Shown piece by piece: positions 27,231-41,300 of a stretch of DNA of 64,000 nucleotides. Below the pieces are notes generated by a model. It made no database searches. It was not told where the DNA came from and saw nothing but the letters and a program-made list of their open reading frames with translations. The translations under genes were made by a program, and so were the position numbers. Every line of letters begins with the position of its first letter. Position 1 is the first letter of the stretch. Source of the stretch: Mobula hypostoma (taxonomy: Eukaryota); assembly GCF_963921235.1 (NCBI RefSeq), contig NC_086097.1, positions 88,972,001-89,036,000 of the forward strand. The letters run 5' to 3'.

Positions 27231-27308
27231 CAGGGTTCCCAGTCTTTTTCTGTGCCATGGATAAATACCATTAAGCAAGGGATCCATGGGCCCCAGGTTG
27301 GGAACCTG
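27231..27308. mobile_element. Very short hAT-Charlie-like MITE (related copy at about 15770-15840)
   Basis: cagggttccca...ccatggataaataccattaagcaagggatcc...ggttgggaacctg; the 15.8-kb copy shares the cattaagcaaggg core and gggaacccctg end. Confidence 0.6.
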
Positions 27309-28361
27309 TTTTACAAGGATATGCAGGCTACTAGACAAAAGCAGAAGACATCATGTTTGGCATTGATGAGTTGGAATAAAGGGCCTGTTTTCATGATTTG
27401 TAACTCTTTGACTAACTCTAGCTAAAAAGCTATTAGGCTAAGTACAGACATAGTTTCATTTTTCCCATATCTGGAGATAGCAGTATTTTCTCAGATGGGA
27501 GAACGTTCCTCTCCAAATGAAGGGTCTCAACACATAACGTCAACTCTCCATTTCCCTCCACAGATTCTTCCTGACACATTGGCTTCACTCACTCCATCAC
27601 TGAACTATTCCCATGACCTATGCACTCACTTTCAAGGACCCTTCACCTTGTTCTCGATATTCATTTCATATTAATTATTATTATTATTTTGTACTTGCAC
27701 TCTTTTGCACATTGATTGTCCATCCTGTTGGGTGTGGTCGTTCATTGCTTCTATTATGGTTTTTTATACTTACTGAGTATACCCACAAGAAAACAAATCT
27801 CAAGGTTGTATATGGTGACATATATGTGCTTTGATAATCAATTTACTTTGAACTTCCTGGACTGTTTTTTGTGTTGACTGTCCAACCTTGCTGGCTTATT
27901 GCAGTATCTGACTGCTGGCACCAGAGGGCTCTCAGCAAGCACTGGCTCTGACTGGAGACAGCCTGTGTGACAGCTCCTGCTGTCAATATTTAGCAGGAGG
28001 ACAGTCAAACATTAAGCAGCTTTCTATTTGCCATCTGGTGCAGAGTGTGTCAGGTGAGTTAACAGAGCAGTAAGTAGTTGAATGAATGCATTGCAATAAG
28101 GCTAGCATCACGTCGTCCAGCAATGACTTGCATCCTCAGATGTATTACTAGTCAAAGTCTGATTGAGCCATATGACGAGAGGTCAGGACTGTGGACAAAA
28201 AGCAAAGCCAAAGGCCTGGGCTGTAAAAGGCAGAGTGAGAAGTTTTATTTTAAAATCCGGAGGACTGAAGGTACAGGCATCACTGATGGAGTAATGGGGC
28301 ATTCATTAGTGGCTTTACAGCTAGGCTAAAGGGAAGTTAAATTCAGGGACCTCAGTATTAA

Positions 28362-28800
<439 letters not shown>

Positions 28801-28899
28801 GCCTTTAAAAAGATGGTTCTGTCTTAATTCTGCTCATCTGACCTGGAATTTTTAGTGGTCAAGTGTTGTCCATTTTATCTGCTGAGGGAGGTCTCCACC

Positions 28900-30520
28900 A
28901 TCATCCTGGTAGTGGGTACAACCTACAGAAGGCTATTTTAATAGTAAAACAACAATTCCAATTGAGGTTAGAGATGGAATCAGATGTACGTCAGCTCTGG
29001 TGGGGTTTGCAGGCCATTATTTCCTGCAAAGTGAAACCTAACATGGTGAATGGTTGTGATGCTTCACTCCCAGATGAGTTCAATGCCATTTCTGCACACT
29101 TTGACAGGGAGAATAAAACATGAGTCCTGACGAAGGGTCTTGGCCCGAAACGTCGACTGTGCTTCTTCCTATAGATGCTGCCTGGCCTGCTGCGTTCACC
29201 AACATTTTTTGTGTGTATTGATAAAACTACACCTGTGTGAATCTCTGCAGCATCTGGTGACCCTGATCTCTGTCTCGGAGGATGATGTCAGAATATCTTT
29301 CAAGAGGGTGACCTCTCGGAAGGCATCAGATCATGATGGTGCGCTCAAAACCTGTGCCAACCAACTGGTGTGAATGTTCAAGGACATTTTCAGTCTCTCA
29401 CTGCTGTAGTAGGAGGTTCCCACCGCCTTCAAAATGGCAGGAATCGTGCCAGCGCCCAAGGAGAGCTGTCAACGACTTTTGCCCAATTGCATGCACATCC
29501 ATTGTGAAGAGGTGATTTGAGAGGTTGGTCATGGCCAGGATCAACTCCTGCCTAAGCAAGAAACTGGACCTGCTGCAGTTTGTTTATCTCCACAACTGGT
29601 CTACAGCAGATGCAGTCTCAGTGGCTCTCCACTTCGCCGTGGATCATCTGGACAATAGTAATTGATTATTGATTACAACTAGGTGTTCAACACAATCATA
29701 CCCTCATTTCTAATCAAAAAGCACCAAAATCTGGGCCGCTGTACCTCCCTCTGCAACCAGTTTCTTGACTTCCTCACCAGGAGACCACAGTCAGCGTGAA
29801 TCAGAAATAACATCTCTTCCTCCCTGACAATCGACACTGGTGATGATTGCTTATCCCACCGCTCTACTCTCTCTACACCCGTAACTGTGTGGCTAGGCAC
29901 ATCTCCAACGCCATCTATAAATTTGCTGATGACGTATCTGTTGTTGGCAGAATTTCAGATGGTGGTGAGGAGACGTACGGGAATGAGACAGATCAGCTAG
30001 TTGAGTGGTGTCGGAACAACCTTACACACATTGTTAGTAACATCAAGGAATTAATCGAGGACTTCATTCAGGGAAAGTCAAGGGAACACAAACCAGTCCT
30101 CAGCGACGGATCAGCAGTAGAAAGGGTGAGTAGTTTCAACTTCCTGGGTGTCAACATCTCTGAAGATCTAACCTGAGCCCAACATATTGATACAATTACA
30201 AAGAAGGCACAACAGGTCCCATATTTCATTGGGAGTCTGAGGAGACGTGGTGCGTCACCAAAGACTCTAATATATTAGATTTCTACAGATGTACTATGGA
30301 GAGCATTCTAGCTCGCTGCGTCAGTGTCTAGTGTGGAGGAGCCACTGCACAGGATTGAAAAAAGCTGCAGAAGGTTGCAAACTGAACCAGCTCCATCATG
30401 GGCTCTAGACTCCCCTGCATCAAGAACATCTGCAGAAGGTGATGCCTCAAGAAGGCGGCATTCATCAGTAAGGACCCCCATTACCCAGGACATGCACTCT
30501 TCTCTTTGCTACCCACTGGA
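28900..30520 (+). mobile_element. Rex1/Babar-like LINE, decayed
   Basis: RQLWWGLQAIIS, ALKTCANQLV and LYSLYTRNCVARHISNAIYKFADD motifs; carries a 101-bp insertion at 29120-29220. Confidence 0.88.
29123..29158 (+). ncRNA. Minimal type-I hammerhead ribozyme motif with intact core (Penelope-associated)
   Basis: AGTC (stem I) - CTGACGA - A - GGGT/CTTG/GCCC (stem II) - GAAAC - GTC^ - GACT (stem I'); all conserved core nucleotides present; predicted cleavage after 29154; helix III is the loopless palindrome ACGT. Confidence 0.8.
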
Positions 30521-30719
30521 ACACCACACACTGCCTCTCCAGGGAGAGCTGGGCATCTGAAGGAGGACGGGCAGCTGGCTCTGGTATTAACAGCTGCTGT
30601 CTGGACCTACGAAGTCAAAGTCGAGTTTATTGTCATATGTACAACAACATGCTTTTACAGGTGCAATGAAAAACATTCCCACAGCTTAGTCGCTGGCACC
30701 TAGAATCAGATATACAATG

Positions 30720-31775
30720 TTCCTGCTCTATCACTTTACACTTGATACTGTGTGGCTAAATACAGCTCCAATGCCATTTTCAAGTTTGCTGAGGACACCA
30801 CTGTCGTAGGCCAAATCAAAGGTGGGGACGACTCAGCATATAGGAGGGAGATTAAAAATCTGGCTGAGTGGTGCCCCAACAAAAACCTCTTACTGAATGT
30901 CATCAAGACCAAGAAGGTGATTGTTGGCTTCAGGAGGAATTCAGAAGGTGATTATGGATTTCCTTGAGCTGTACCTCATCGGAAGATCGGAGTTGGAGAG
31001 GGTCAGCAACTTTAAATTCCTCAGTGTTATTATTCCCGAGGACCTGCCCTGGGCCCAGCTCGTAAGTGCAGTTATGAAGAAAACATGGCAGTGCCTTAAC
31101 TGCCTTAGAAGCTTGCGAAGATTTGGCATGATATCTAAAACTTGACAAACTTCTGAAGACGTGTGGTGGAGAGTATATTGACTAGCTGCATCATGGCCTG
31201 GTATGGAAACACCAATGCTCTTGAATGGAAACCCCTACAAAAAGTAGTGCACACAGCCCAGTCCATCACGGGTAAAGGCATCCCCACCACTGAGCACATC
31301 TGTATGAAACCTTGTCACATGAAAGCAGCTTCCATCATGGGGAATCCCACCAGCCAGGTCATGCTGTCTTCTCACTGCTGCCTTCAGGAAGAAGGTACAG
31401 GAGCCTCAGGGCTCACACCACCAGGTTCAGTAACAGTTATTACCCCTCAACCATCAGCCTCTTGAACCAAAGGGGATAAATTCACCCTACTTCACTTGCC
31501 CGATCACTGAATTGTTCCCGCAACCTATAGACTTACTTTCTCAATATTTATTGTTTCCTTTCTTTCTCTCTTTCTTTATTATTTCTTTTCTTCTTTCTTT
31601 TTGTAATTGCACAGTTGGTTGTCTTTTGCCCACTGGCTGTCTGCCCTGTTGGTGCAGTCTTTCATTGATTCTATTATGGTAATTTATTGAGTATGTCTGC
31701 AAGAAAATGAATCTCAGGGTAGTATATGGTGATATATATGCACTTTGATAACAAATTTACTTTGAACTTTGAACA
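30720..31775 (+). mobile_element. Rex1/Babar-like LINE 3' portion
   Basis: AKYSSNAIFKFAEDTTVVGQI, ERVSNFKFLSV and VESILTSCIMAWYGN motifs; tail aaatttactttgaactttgaac. Confidence 0.88.
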
Positions 31776-33424
31776 TTCATGAGAAAAACAAGTAATGTAA
31801 TTTTTTTTACAAGTAAGAACACAATTAGAACAAACATGTCCATATTAGTATACAGTGGTCATAGTTTTGCTTTACTAATGAGGTGATTAAATTTATGCAA
31901 ATTGATTCCATGGCCGAGTGGTTGAAGGAAGTAGGTGTTCTTGAACCTGGTGCTGTGTGGGACTTCGAGATTCTGTACCTCCTGCCTGATGGTAGCTGCA
32001 AGAAGATGGCATGGCCTGGATGAAGGGGATGTTTGACGATGGACATTGTCTCGTGCAGATACTACTGATGGTGGGGAGGGATGTGCCTGTGATGTATTGG
32101 GCAGCCCCTGTACTCTCAGCAGTGTAAGTTGCTATGCATTCAAATGGCCATCTCAGTCAGACCCAGGAGCTGGCAGATGAGAAGATCAGGCAGTGGCTGT
32201 CGAGGAATTCGTGGCCATCCCCAATCCCACATTGAGTGCCCAAGGGTAGAGAAGTTGCGTCTGAAATGAAACCAGAACTTGTGGAACAGCGTTTTCAGGT
32301 ACTCTTAAAAGGGGCTGCATTCTCTTGCATTCTACATATGAATGAAACATTAACATTCGCAGGCAACTGGAATAGCAGGTGGCCTGGGAATCTGTCAATA
32401 AACATAGAAAGCTGTCATACCAACGGCTCTGTGCTACACTTACCATCCCAGGTCCCTGATTCCTGCTGTAAGGTGGGGGGTGATAGTTACATACCCACAC
32501 CCCACACCCCCCGCCACCATTGCTGCCAGTTGGCACAATGAATAGATCACCACGGACTCCAGGTCAGTCCATATAGGAATGTACCCCCCCGCCCCCCATG
32601 AAATGGAACAAAGAGTATTTCTGAAAGACAGTTCCTGTTGTGTGGAGCCAGCTCCCGATGGAGATTCTGGGGCCTGGACCCAATGAGAAATCCCAGCTGA
32701 ACAGGCTTCGGCCTAGAGGGGATCACCCCACAGCTGGTGATCCCACTTGATGGCCAGGAGTGATTGATGGGACAGTGTAGAGAGAGCATTGCTTTGTTTC
32801 AAACCCATGCTGTCTATGCCCAGGAGGGTTTGATAGGGCCAGGGCCGTGCAGAGGGAACTGTACTTGGTTTCAAGCCACTTCTCTTTTTTAATCTTTTCT
32901 CCCCTAGCTTATGCAATCCTGCTCTGGCGGTATTTGATGAAGAAGGATGCCGTATACTTTATTCCATACTGGTACAGGGTGCCAAACTGCAATCAGCTCA
33001 GATTATTTATCTGGCCTGAGAGCACTTAATGGGAAAGTAAAGTGGGTTGTTTACCTTGCATCTAACCCCTATCTGATTCGACACCAGCACTACTTTATAT
33101 TTAACTAATGCTAGGTTTGATAGAATACTGTAGATAGGCTGTTATATCTAGCCTGGCCCGACCAAGAGGTTTAGAAACACTCTATAGGCTGGAGCCTCGT
33201 TTATAATTGACATTTGAGTGTTTCTGACATTTGCTGTTTTCGTAATGAAATAATCTGATGTTCCGAACAGGTTATATATGAGGGGAAGAAACCTCCTTTT
33301 GTTCTGATCCTGCACTGATTAAAATTCAAGTATGCTCCATCAGAAATTTTCAGTGATCAGCTAAGTTTACATCCAGCATATGGTGTACCTAGATTGACTT
33401 GTGGCGATGCACTCTGTGCTCTGA

Positions 33425-33736
<312 letters not shown>

Positions 33737-34013
33737 TGAAGGTTACTGAGTGACAGGGTGGGATAGTTGGATTAATAGAAGGGAGATACAGTCAGTGGCA
33801 CAGTTTGGCGAGGAGAGAAGATACTGAGTGGCAGGGTGAGAGAGAAGAATTAACACCATGGAGATACAGTCAGCATCAGGGGGGGGGGGCTACAGAGTGA
33901 AGGAGGGAGCTAGATTAACACCAGTGGAAATTTCATCAATACTGCACGATGCTGGGGGAGAGTGATTACTGAGAGGGAGCTGGATAAAGGTGGTGATTGA
34001 ATTATAGAAATAA

Positions 34014-34133
<120 letters not shown>

Positions 34134-34547
34134 TGAGTGCCCCCTTTAATAACTTTCCATTGCCTTGAGTGAGCTGGTGGCAGCTCACAGCTCTGTGAAT
34201 CATTCTGCCGTAGTCACATATTACCAAGTGCGGGCTTTGCTGTTGTACTGGGGAAAACGGAATCCCAGTGTCTAGACTGGGCATGGGCCTTCCAGTATTG
34301 TGAGACTGACAGTACTTTGCAGCGTTTGGGCCAGGATCTATCCTAGTTTTAACAGAAAAGGAACATTCAATATAATTCAGTTCAATTGCAGTTTAATTGT
34401 CATTCAGCCATATGTGAATACTCATGACGACAGCCAAACCAGACAGCGTTACTCCGGGGCCAAGGTACAAAATACATTACCAACAGTCACACACAGCACA
34501 AAGCACACAAGGCACGTATAAGTTTAGAAAGATACAGCTATGCAATA

Positions 34548-35131
34548 CGAGGGGTGATTGATAAGTTCGTGGCCTAAGGTAGAAGGAGTCAACTTTAGAA
34601 AACCTAGCACATTTATTTTTCCTACATTTACACACTTAGTCCAGCGGTCATGGAGCATACGGATCCCTTTGTAGAAGTCGGCATCTTCGACCTCCGGAAG
34701 TGGTCCACAGCAGGGGTGATTGATAAGTTTGTGGCCTGAAGTAGAAGTTCTGCATTTTCACTCAAAGAGTTGAACTGCACGTGCATGTAACAAGAGCTGT
34801 ATAACTCATCTCCTTCTACCTTAGGCCACGAACTTATCAATCATCCCTGCTGTGGACCACCTGGAGGTCCAAGACGCTGTCGTTACATGCATGTGCAGTT
34901 CAACTCTTTGAGTGATAATGAAATTAATAACTCATCTCCTACCTTAGGCCACAAACTTATCAATCGCCCCTGCTGTGGACCACTTCTATAAAGAAGGGAT
35001 CCATATGCTCCACGACCACTGGACTAAGTGTGTACATGTAGGAAGGGACTATGTTGAAAAATAAATGTGCTAGGTTCTCTAAAACTGACTCCTTCTACTT
35101 TAGGCCATGAACTTATCAATCTTATCAATCA
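34548..35131. mobile_element. Mariner-derived foldback non-autonomous element with five TIR copies
   Basis: TA + cgaggggtgattgataagttcgtggcctaaggtagaaggag TIR; 34981-35064 translates HFYKEGIHMLHDHWTKCVHVGRDYVEK*, a mariner transposase C-terminus, with an inverted copy at about 34600-34676. Confidence 0.85.
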
Positions 35132-36879
35132 ATATAAGATTTCAAATGAGCCATCCAACACCACAGAAATATGCAGATGACCGCAATAGAGCTTGTCTTC
35201 TGACAAACGAACACTGGGGGGCAGCACTGACTCCAGCCTGGGCGCCATGCCACACCACCCCTGGTGGAACGCACCGACTCCGACACCTCCCTCTTGGCGG
35301 CTGTAAACAGGCGACACTGAGGCTTGAGGCCCTGAGTTCCATTCAACACTGCAGAGAACTGCAGTCGACCACAGTAGAGCTCGTCTTCTGCCGAGCAAAC
35401 ACTGGGGGGGCCGGGGAGGACAGCACAGCCTCCAGCCTGGATGCTGCAGCTCACCGGCTCTAATACCCCTCTCCTGGTGGCTGGAAATAGGCTACACTGT
35501 GGCTTTGGGCCTAGACCTCGCTATGACCAAGGCCATGCAGCTCCCCTGCTATCCACCCCTACTCATCGCCAGAAAAATCAGTGAATCGAACTTGTGGCGT
35601 ACCACATTAATAATGTCCAAAAAAGCTTTGCAGTCAGAAGAAAAGCAACCAAGACTGTTACTCGCTATTAGACTGTAAGCCTCCTTTGACTCAGATGGCA
35701 GCATGATGCTCAGCTCCTTCATTTTCTCGGCCAGCGAGCAACTCGCTGATGGGGTAGACCTGCACTGCTTTAAGTCCTTAAGATAGCAGTATCTTGCAAT
35801 CATTAAAAATACGCTTAAAAAGGACAGTGGACCTTCTGTTGACCCTGTAGAAGATGCTGTGATCAAACGTGCTGCCATGCTACCAGAAATCCTATTGAGA
35901 TTTAAGACTGTACTTGCAGAGGCAGTACAGTACATTGCACAGCCACCGTCGTCATGGTTACATCACTTTTACAGTAATGGGATGCTCCCCTTTTCCATAT
36001 TAATACAATGCCCTTGGATGGACCTGGTCTTAATTGAGCAGAATCACTGTGCAAAGCATTCACATTAGTAGAACAAAACCAGTAATACACTCATGGCAGG
36101 AATGGAGTAGTGTCCGTATGCATAGTAGTTACTGTGAAGGACAAAGTGTTTTTTCACAGCAATGGAGCTACCTCTGTGCATGGTGTTTACTGTCCTGGAA
36201 CTGTACCTCTGCACAATATTTGCAGTAATGGAGCTTCTTACTCTATGCAGTACTAAGTTGCAGTATTTACAGTCCCTATGTAGACAGTATGTGCAATATT
36301 GAAACAGTGCCCCATGCACAGTACTTACAACAATGCAACCCTATCTTGATGTAGAGTTTGTACAATCGTGAAGGAGTGCCAAGTACTTATAGTAATGTAA
36401 CTATCTTGATGCATAATGGAACAGTGTCTGGTGCTCCTTATTTATTGTGACGGACCTGCATATAACTTGCTTGCAGTATTGTCCCTGTCTACAATGTTTA
36501 CAGCAGGACATCTGAGCATTATGTGACCGTAAATGCTCTTTAGTGTGACAGTAGTGTTGCTGGGCAGAGTATTTACAAAGTACTCTCACATTGTAATTGC
36601 TGTAATGACTCTCTACAATCTTAGCAGCTGTGCTTCCTTGCTCAGTACTAACTATAAAGGCCCAGGCCTTTTGTTTTAAATTTTAGCTTTTGTAGATAAA
36701 ATCTTTGCAGCAATGACATTGCACAGTATCTTCAGTGATTGATGGTTTTCAGAACAGAATTACTGATAATATCAGTGTCCTCAGTTCAGTGCTTACTGTA
36801 ATGTGTGTGTACGCATTGTTTGGAGCAATGGGACAGTTCACCCACCACGGTACCTACAAAAGTAGAACAGTCCCCTTAA

Positions 36880-37056
<177 letters not shown>

Positions 37057-37749
37057 TAGATCATTCACATGACGGTGAGGTGAGGTGTGTAGATAGAGGT
37101 TTGGAGGTTTGGTATGAGGGAATATAATTTGGTAATAAGCAATTTCCAAATGCCAAGTACCTGAAATCCCAAGGGAGCTCTCTGTATCATTAGATCTTGA
37201 TATTTCACATGGGCCCAATCAATATGTAGCTCACCATGAGGTCTTTTCAATGACGTGATTAGCCTTCTAGTTGCCAAGGTCCACTTCAGTGACTCAGTTC
37301 GCCTAAATTTCTGGGTGGCCACAATCTTACTCCTTCATAATTACTTTTCTTTGCCATTAAAATGCTGTCACTAATTCACCCTAAGACAATTTAAGGGGGT
37401 TTTAAAGGTGGAAAATGAGTGGCATTATAAGAAGGCTAAATCCTCCTTTTCAAAGGGAATCTACCCTTCCAATTCTAGGCAGCTGTTGACAATAAACCAG
37501 TATCTGTCCCCACATTGTGCCTAATCAGTAAGCATGTTCCTAATTGTGTGAGCATTATAGAAGTGCTATAGGCTTTAATCCATTAAGATTGTCCAGCACT
37601 TCAGCTCAGTGCCAATCTTGGCTGTTTCAGTAACACTCTTGCTTATGAGCGAGTCCCCAGCATTTGAGTTGATATGTCTACCTCTTGTACCAAATACAGG
37701 AAACACGCAGATGCTCCAGAGCAGAATCAGAGCATCAGCTTTCCCTCAG

Positions 37750-38070
37750 ATTATTTTTATTTATTTACGGACATAGCCCGGAATAGGCTCTCCAGCCCTC
37801 TGAGCCATGCTGCCAGCAACCCTCAATTAAACCCTAACCTAATCATGAGACAACTCACAATAAACAGTTAAACTACTAACAAAGTCCTTCCTTCACCCCC
37901 CCCCCCCACTCCCTCTTTGAGTACACCTTTGGACTGTGGAAGGAAACAGGAGCACCTGAAGAGAACCCACACCTTCCACAGGGAAGATATACAAACTCCT
38001 TTCAGAGGATGCAGGGATTGAACTCTGCACTCCGAGCTGTAATGGCGTCACGCTGATCACTACGCTGCCC
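37750..38070 (-). mobile_element. V-SINE
   Basis: gtggaaggaaacaggagcacctgaagagaacccac...acaaactcc...gggattgaactc is the reverse complement of the V-domain and B-box. Confidence 0.75.
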
Positions 38071-38362
38071 TGGATTAGGCGGTGTCTCTCCGCCGAGCTG
38101 AAAGTGACATACCCCACAGCATCCGGTGACCTCGTGCTGTCTCTGTTCTGGGGACGGGAGGGTTGTTGTCTGTCTTGCGCTTACTCCTCCACATGCGATG
38201 GACTAGCGCAGATGAGGTAACAGTAATCAAGTTCGAATTTATTGTCATCGGCATACATGCCCAGGGCATAAGCGCCAGAAGATATTAGATTTTTGCGACA
38301 GCGGCAACAAACACAAAGCAATGTACATGTAACATAAACCAGTAAATATTTTATGTTTCCAG

Positions 38363-38391
38363 GAGAAGAGCATGTTGCGCTGTGGGAATGA
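38363..38391 (+). CDS. CLEC18A: Probable last coding exon of CLEC18: (R)EEHVALWE*
   Basis: tgtttccag| with the phase 1 required by the previous exon; aligns with human (A)QEHISRWGPGS*; TGA at 38389-38391; AATAAA candidates at 39126 and 39337. Confidence 0.75.
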
Positions 38392-41300
38392 AGGATCGAG
38401 TCAGATGTGTTTCCACAAGGGAGTAAAGAGGCCACCTTCACTTTGTTCCTGAGCTCCACTAACCACTACAGTAGTTTAGCGACTGGGGTCGTAGGTTTGC
38501 AATTGTGTTGAAAGTCAGGTTATTTTGTGGCTAATTACTGTTCCAGTCCTCTTGAAATTGGGCAGGTATTGTACTTTGGATTGTAAACCCTGTTGCTAAT
38601 GTACAAGGGGACTTGTTTCAAAGGAAAGGAGTATTATGTAAGAGGTCCTGGTGTTCTTCTGATACAGGAAGCAGGGTTGCTGCAGTGCTGAGTTTAGTGA
38701 TCTCCTAGGTAGAGCATTGTTAAAACCAATATTCATTAGAGTGCTAGCTCTCAGGAATACCTTGCTGCTGAATACTGGGGTGTAGGTCACTGCCTGAAGC
38801 TTGCAACAAGGACACCTCCTGGTTTTGGTCGTGCCTGGTTGCCCAGACCCTTTCTGCAGGGAGAACAGGAGTGGAACCTGCCATGTTAGCAGATGGGTTG
38901 CCTTTTACTGGTCCGCCTTTGCTTGCCTGGTGGTGGGAGCCCCTTTTGCTTTCTTGTTTTGCTGAGACCGAGATGCTCGCAGAGTTCAAAATTCTGGAGT
39001 TTGGGTTGGGAGGACGGGAGGGTGGCGGGTAAGGTAAAGATTCACCTTCCTTCCTCCCCTGCCCCCCACTCCCTCCCTGGGTGCGTGAAAATCAAAAAAA
39101 AAAATTGCAGATGCTGGCAACCTGAAATAAAAGCAAGTGCTGGAAATGCTCACTGGTCAGACAGCATTTTTGGAGAGAGATGTGTCTGGCGGGGTGAGTA
39201 TACATAGCTGTACTTTGGGTTCTGCTGGGGTGGAAGCGTGTTCCTCGCCCCTTCCAGCTGGAGCTGCATTGTCATCTGCGATACATCGAAAGGGCAGGCA
39301 TACTCACATTGAGAAGACTGTACCAAACCACTACTCAATAAACTAGTGAACTGAATGTCGTACAATATGTTGTATTTATAGCAGGCCTCTTAAATGGTCA
39401 AAAGATGTTAAAATCTTATAAAAGTAACTGGTTTGATATTGAAAGTGGTATTGTGCAGATATTCACCACATTGCAGCCATTTCCATCTTTACGGAAAACT
39501 GAACTGACGGTGATCGAAGTGGCAAGGAGCGGAAAGGGCCTGCCAGGATCCATTTGACTGGATATCCCTAGTCTCTTCGCCACATCCCCAAATCATGTCT
39601 ATGTCCAGGACTCCACCTAATTGACTCTCAAACTCACCTGGTTAATGGCCTTGAGTTGGCACATGGCATCTGAATACATCTTGCTGTGTTGTTGCTCTGA
39701 TAGAGTTATTGAGTGCAGGTGACACTGAACGAGGCCTGTAGCCCATTGTGTCCGTTCTGGTATACTGGCTACCTAACCTCATCTCATCTTCCAGTGTTTG
39801 ATCCGTAGCCTGACAGGTCTTTATGTTGTTTAAATGTGGTTAAGGTTTCTTCTTCTACCACAACTTGAGGTAGTTCCAGTCCTTCATCGGTCATTAAGTG
39901 AAAACACATTTTCTCATCTTTCCTCTTAAATCACTTTAAATTTTTGATTCCTCAGATCAAGGAAACAAGTCCTTCAAGTTTAATCTGTTTATGTCCCTGG
40001 CCCATCCACTCTTTCCTTATTGCTAAAATGTCCAAGTCCTGGAAATATCTTCACAAATCTAGTCTCCACCCTCTGTAGTGTAGTCATCATCCATATAATG
40101 TGACCAGAACTGCATAAGGTACTGTACTTAAATGGTATCTTAATCTAGAATATCCAGCTGTTCTTACATTCTGTATTTTACCTAATAAAGGAAGGTTTTC
40201 CATACGCCTTTTTAACCACTTTGGTGACCTATTCTGCTTTTAAAAAATATAAGGGCACATTAATTCTATTGTGTTTCTTGTATTTACTGTGATTGCCTGC
40301 AAGAAAAGGAATGTCAGGAATGTAATGGTGACATTTATGCACTTTGATAATAAATTTACTTTGAACTTTGATTCTGTAAGGTCCCTCTATTACCCAAACC
40401 ACACAATAAACTTATTATACATTCGATTAGCATGTTAAATCTCTACATGCATAGGTCACACTTTAAATTCCTCGTCAGTTTTCTGTTCAACTGAGTTCGT
40501 CATCCAAATTCGGAAGCAGGAAGTTTTCCTACTCCCTGACAACATGTCCAATCCTGAAAGTGTACGGTATTACACTGTTAACCAAACTCTACCCATGCTT
40601 TCTCTGTTTGCTGGTCTACATCGGTGTCTACTGTCAAAATAGAGTGAATTTTGTTCTGCAGTGCTACCATACTTTGTTTTATCATGGATTATAATCAGAC
40701 ATTTTCTGCTGACATATAGTAAAATGGGACAGATTGCTGTCCAGTTTCTTAGAACTGTTTCATTGCAATTTTATTTTGAAATAAATCAGCCTTTATCATT
40801 CCCTGGCAACAGGCTGGTGGATCCGAGAACAGAACTACATAGAAAGATGACATTCTATGCCTGTTCACACATCAATCCCATCTATTCCCACACTAATTTG
40901 CTCTATAGTCTATAAAATGTGATGAATGCAGGACTGAAAGTGTAATGTTTGAATGTATGCAGTATATGGAATAAGGTAAATGATCTTGTAGCACAGTTTG
41001 AGATTGGCAGATGTGACTTGGACATCACTAAGTCATGGCTAAAAGAAGATCATGGTTGGGAGCTCAATATCAAAGGATACACATTGCATTGAAAGGACAT
41101 TCAGGTGGGCAATGTGGCACTGTTACTTAAAAGGGGAAATCAAATGCTTAGAAAGGTAATATAAGATTGGAAGATGTAGAATCCTTGTGAGTAGAGTTAA
41201 GAAACTGCAAAGGTAAAAAGACCCTGATAGGAGTTATACAAAGGCCTCCAAATGGTAGCCAGGATATGGGGTACAAATTACAATGGGAGACAAAAAAGAC

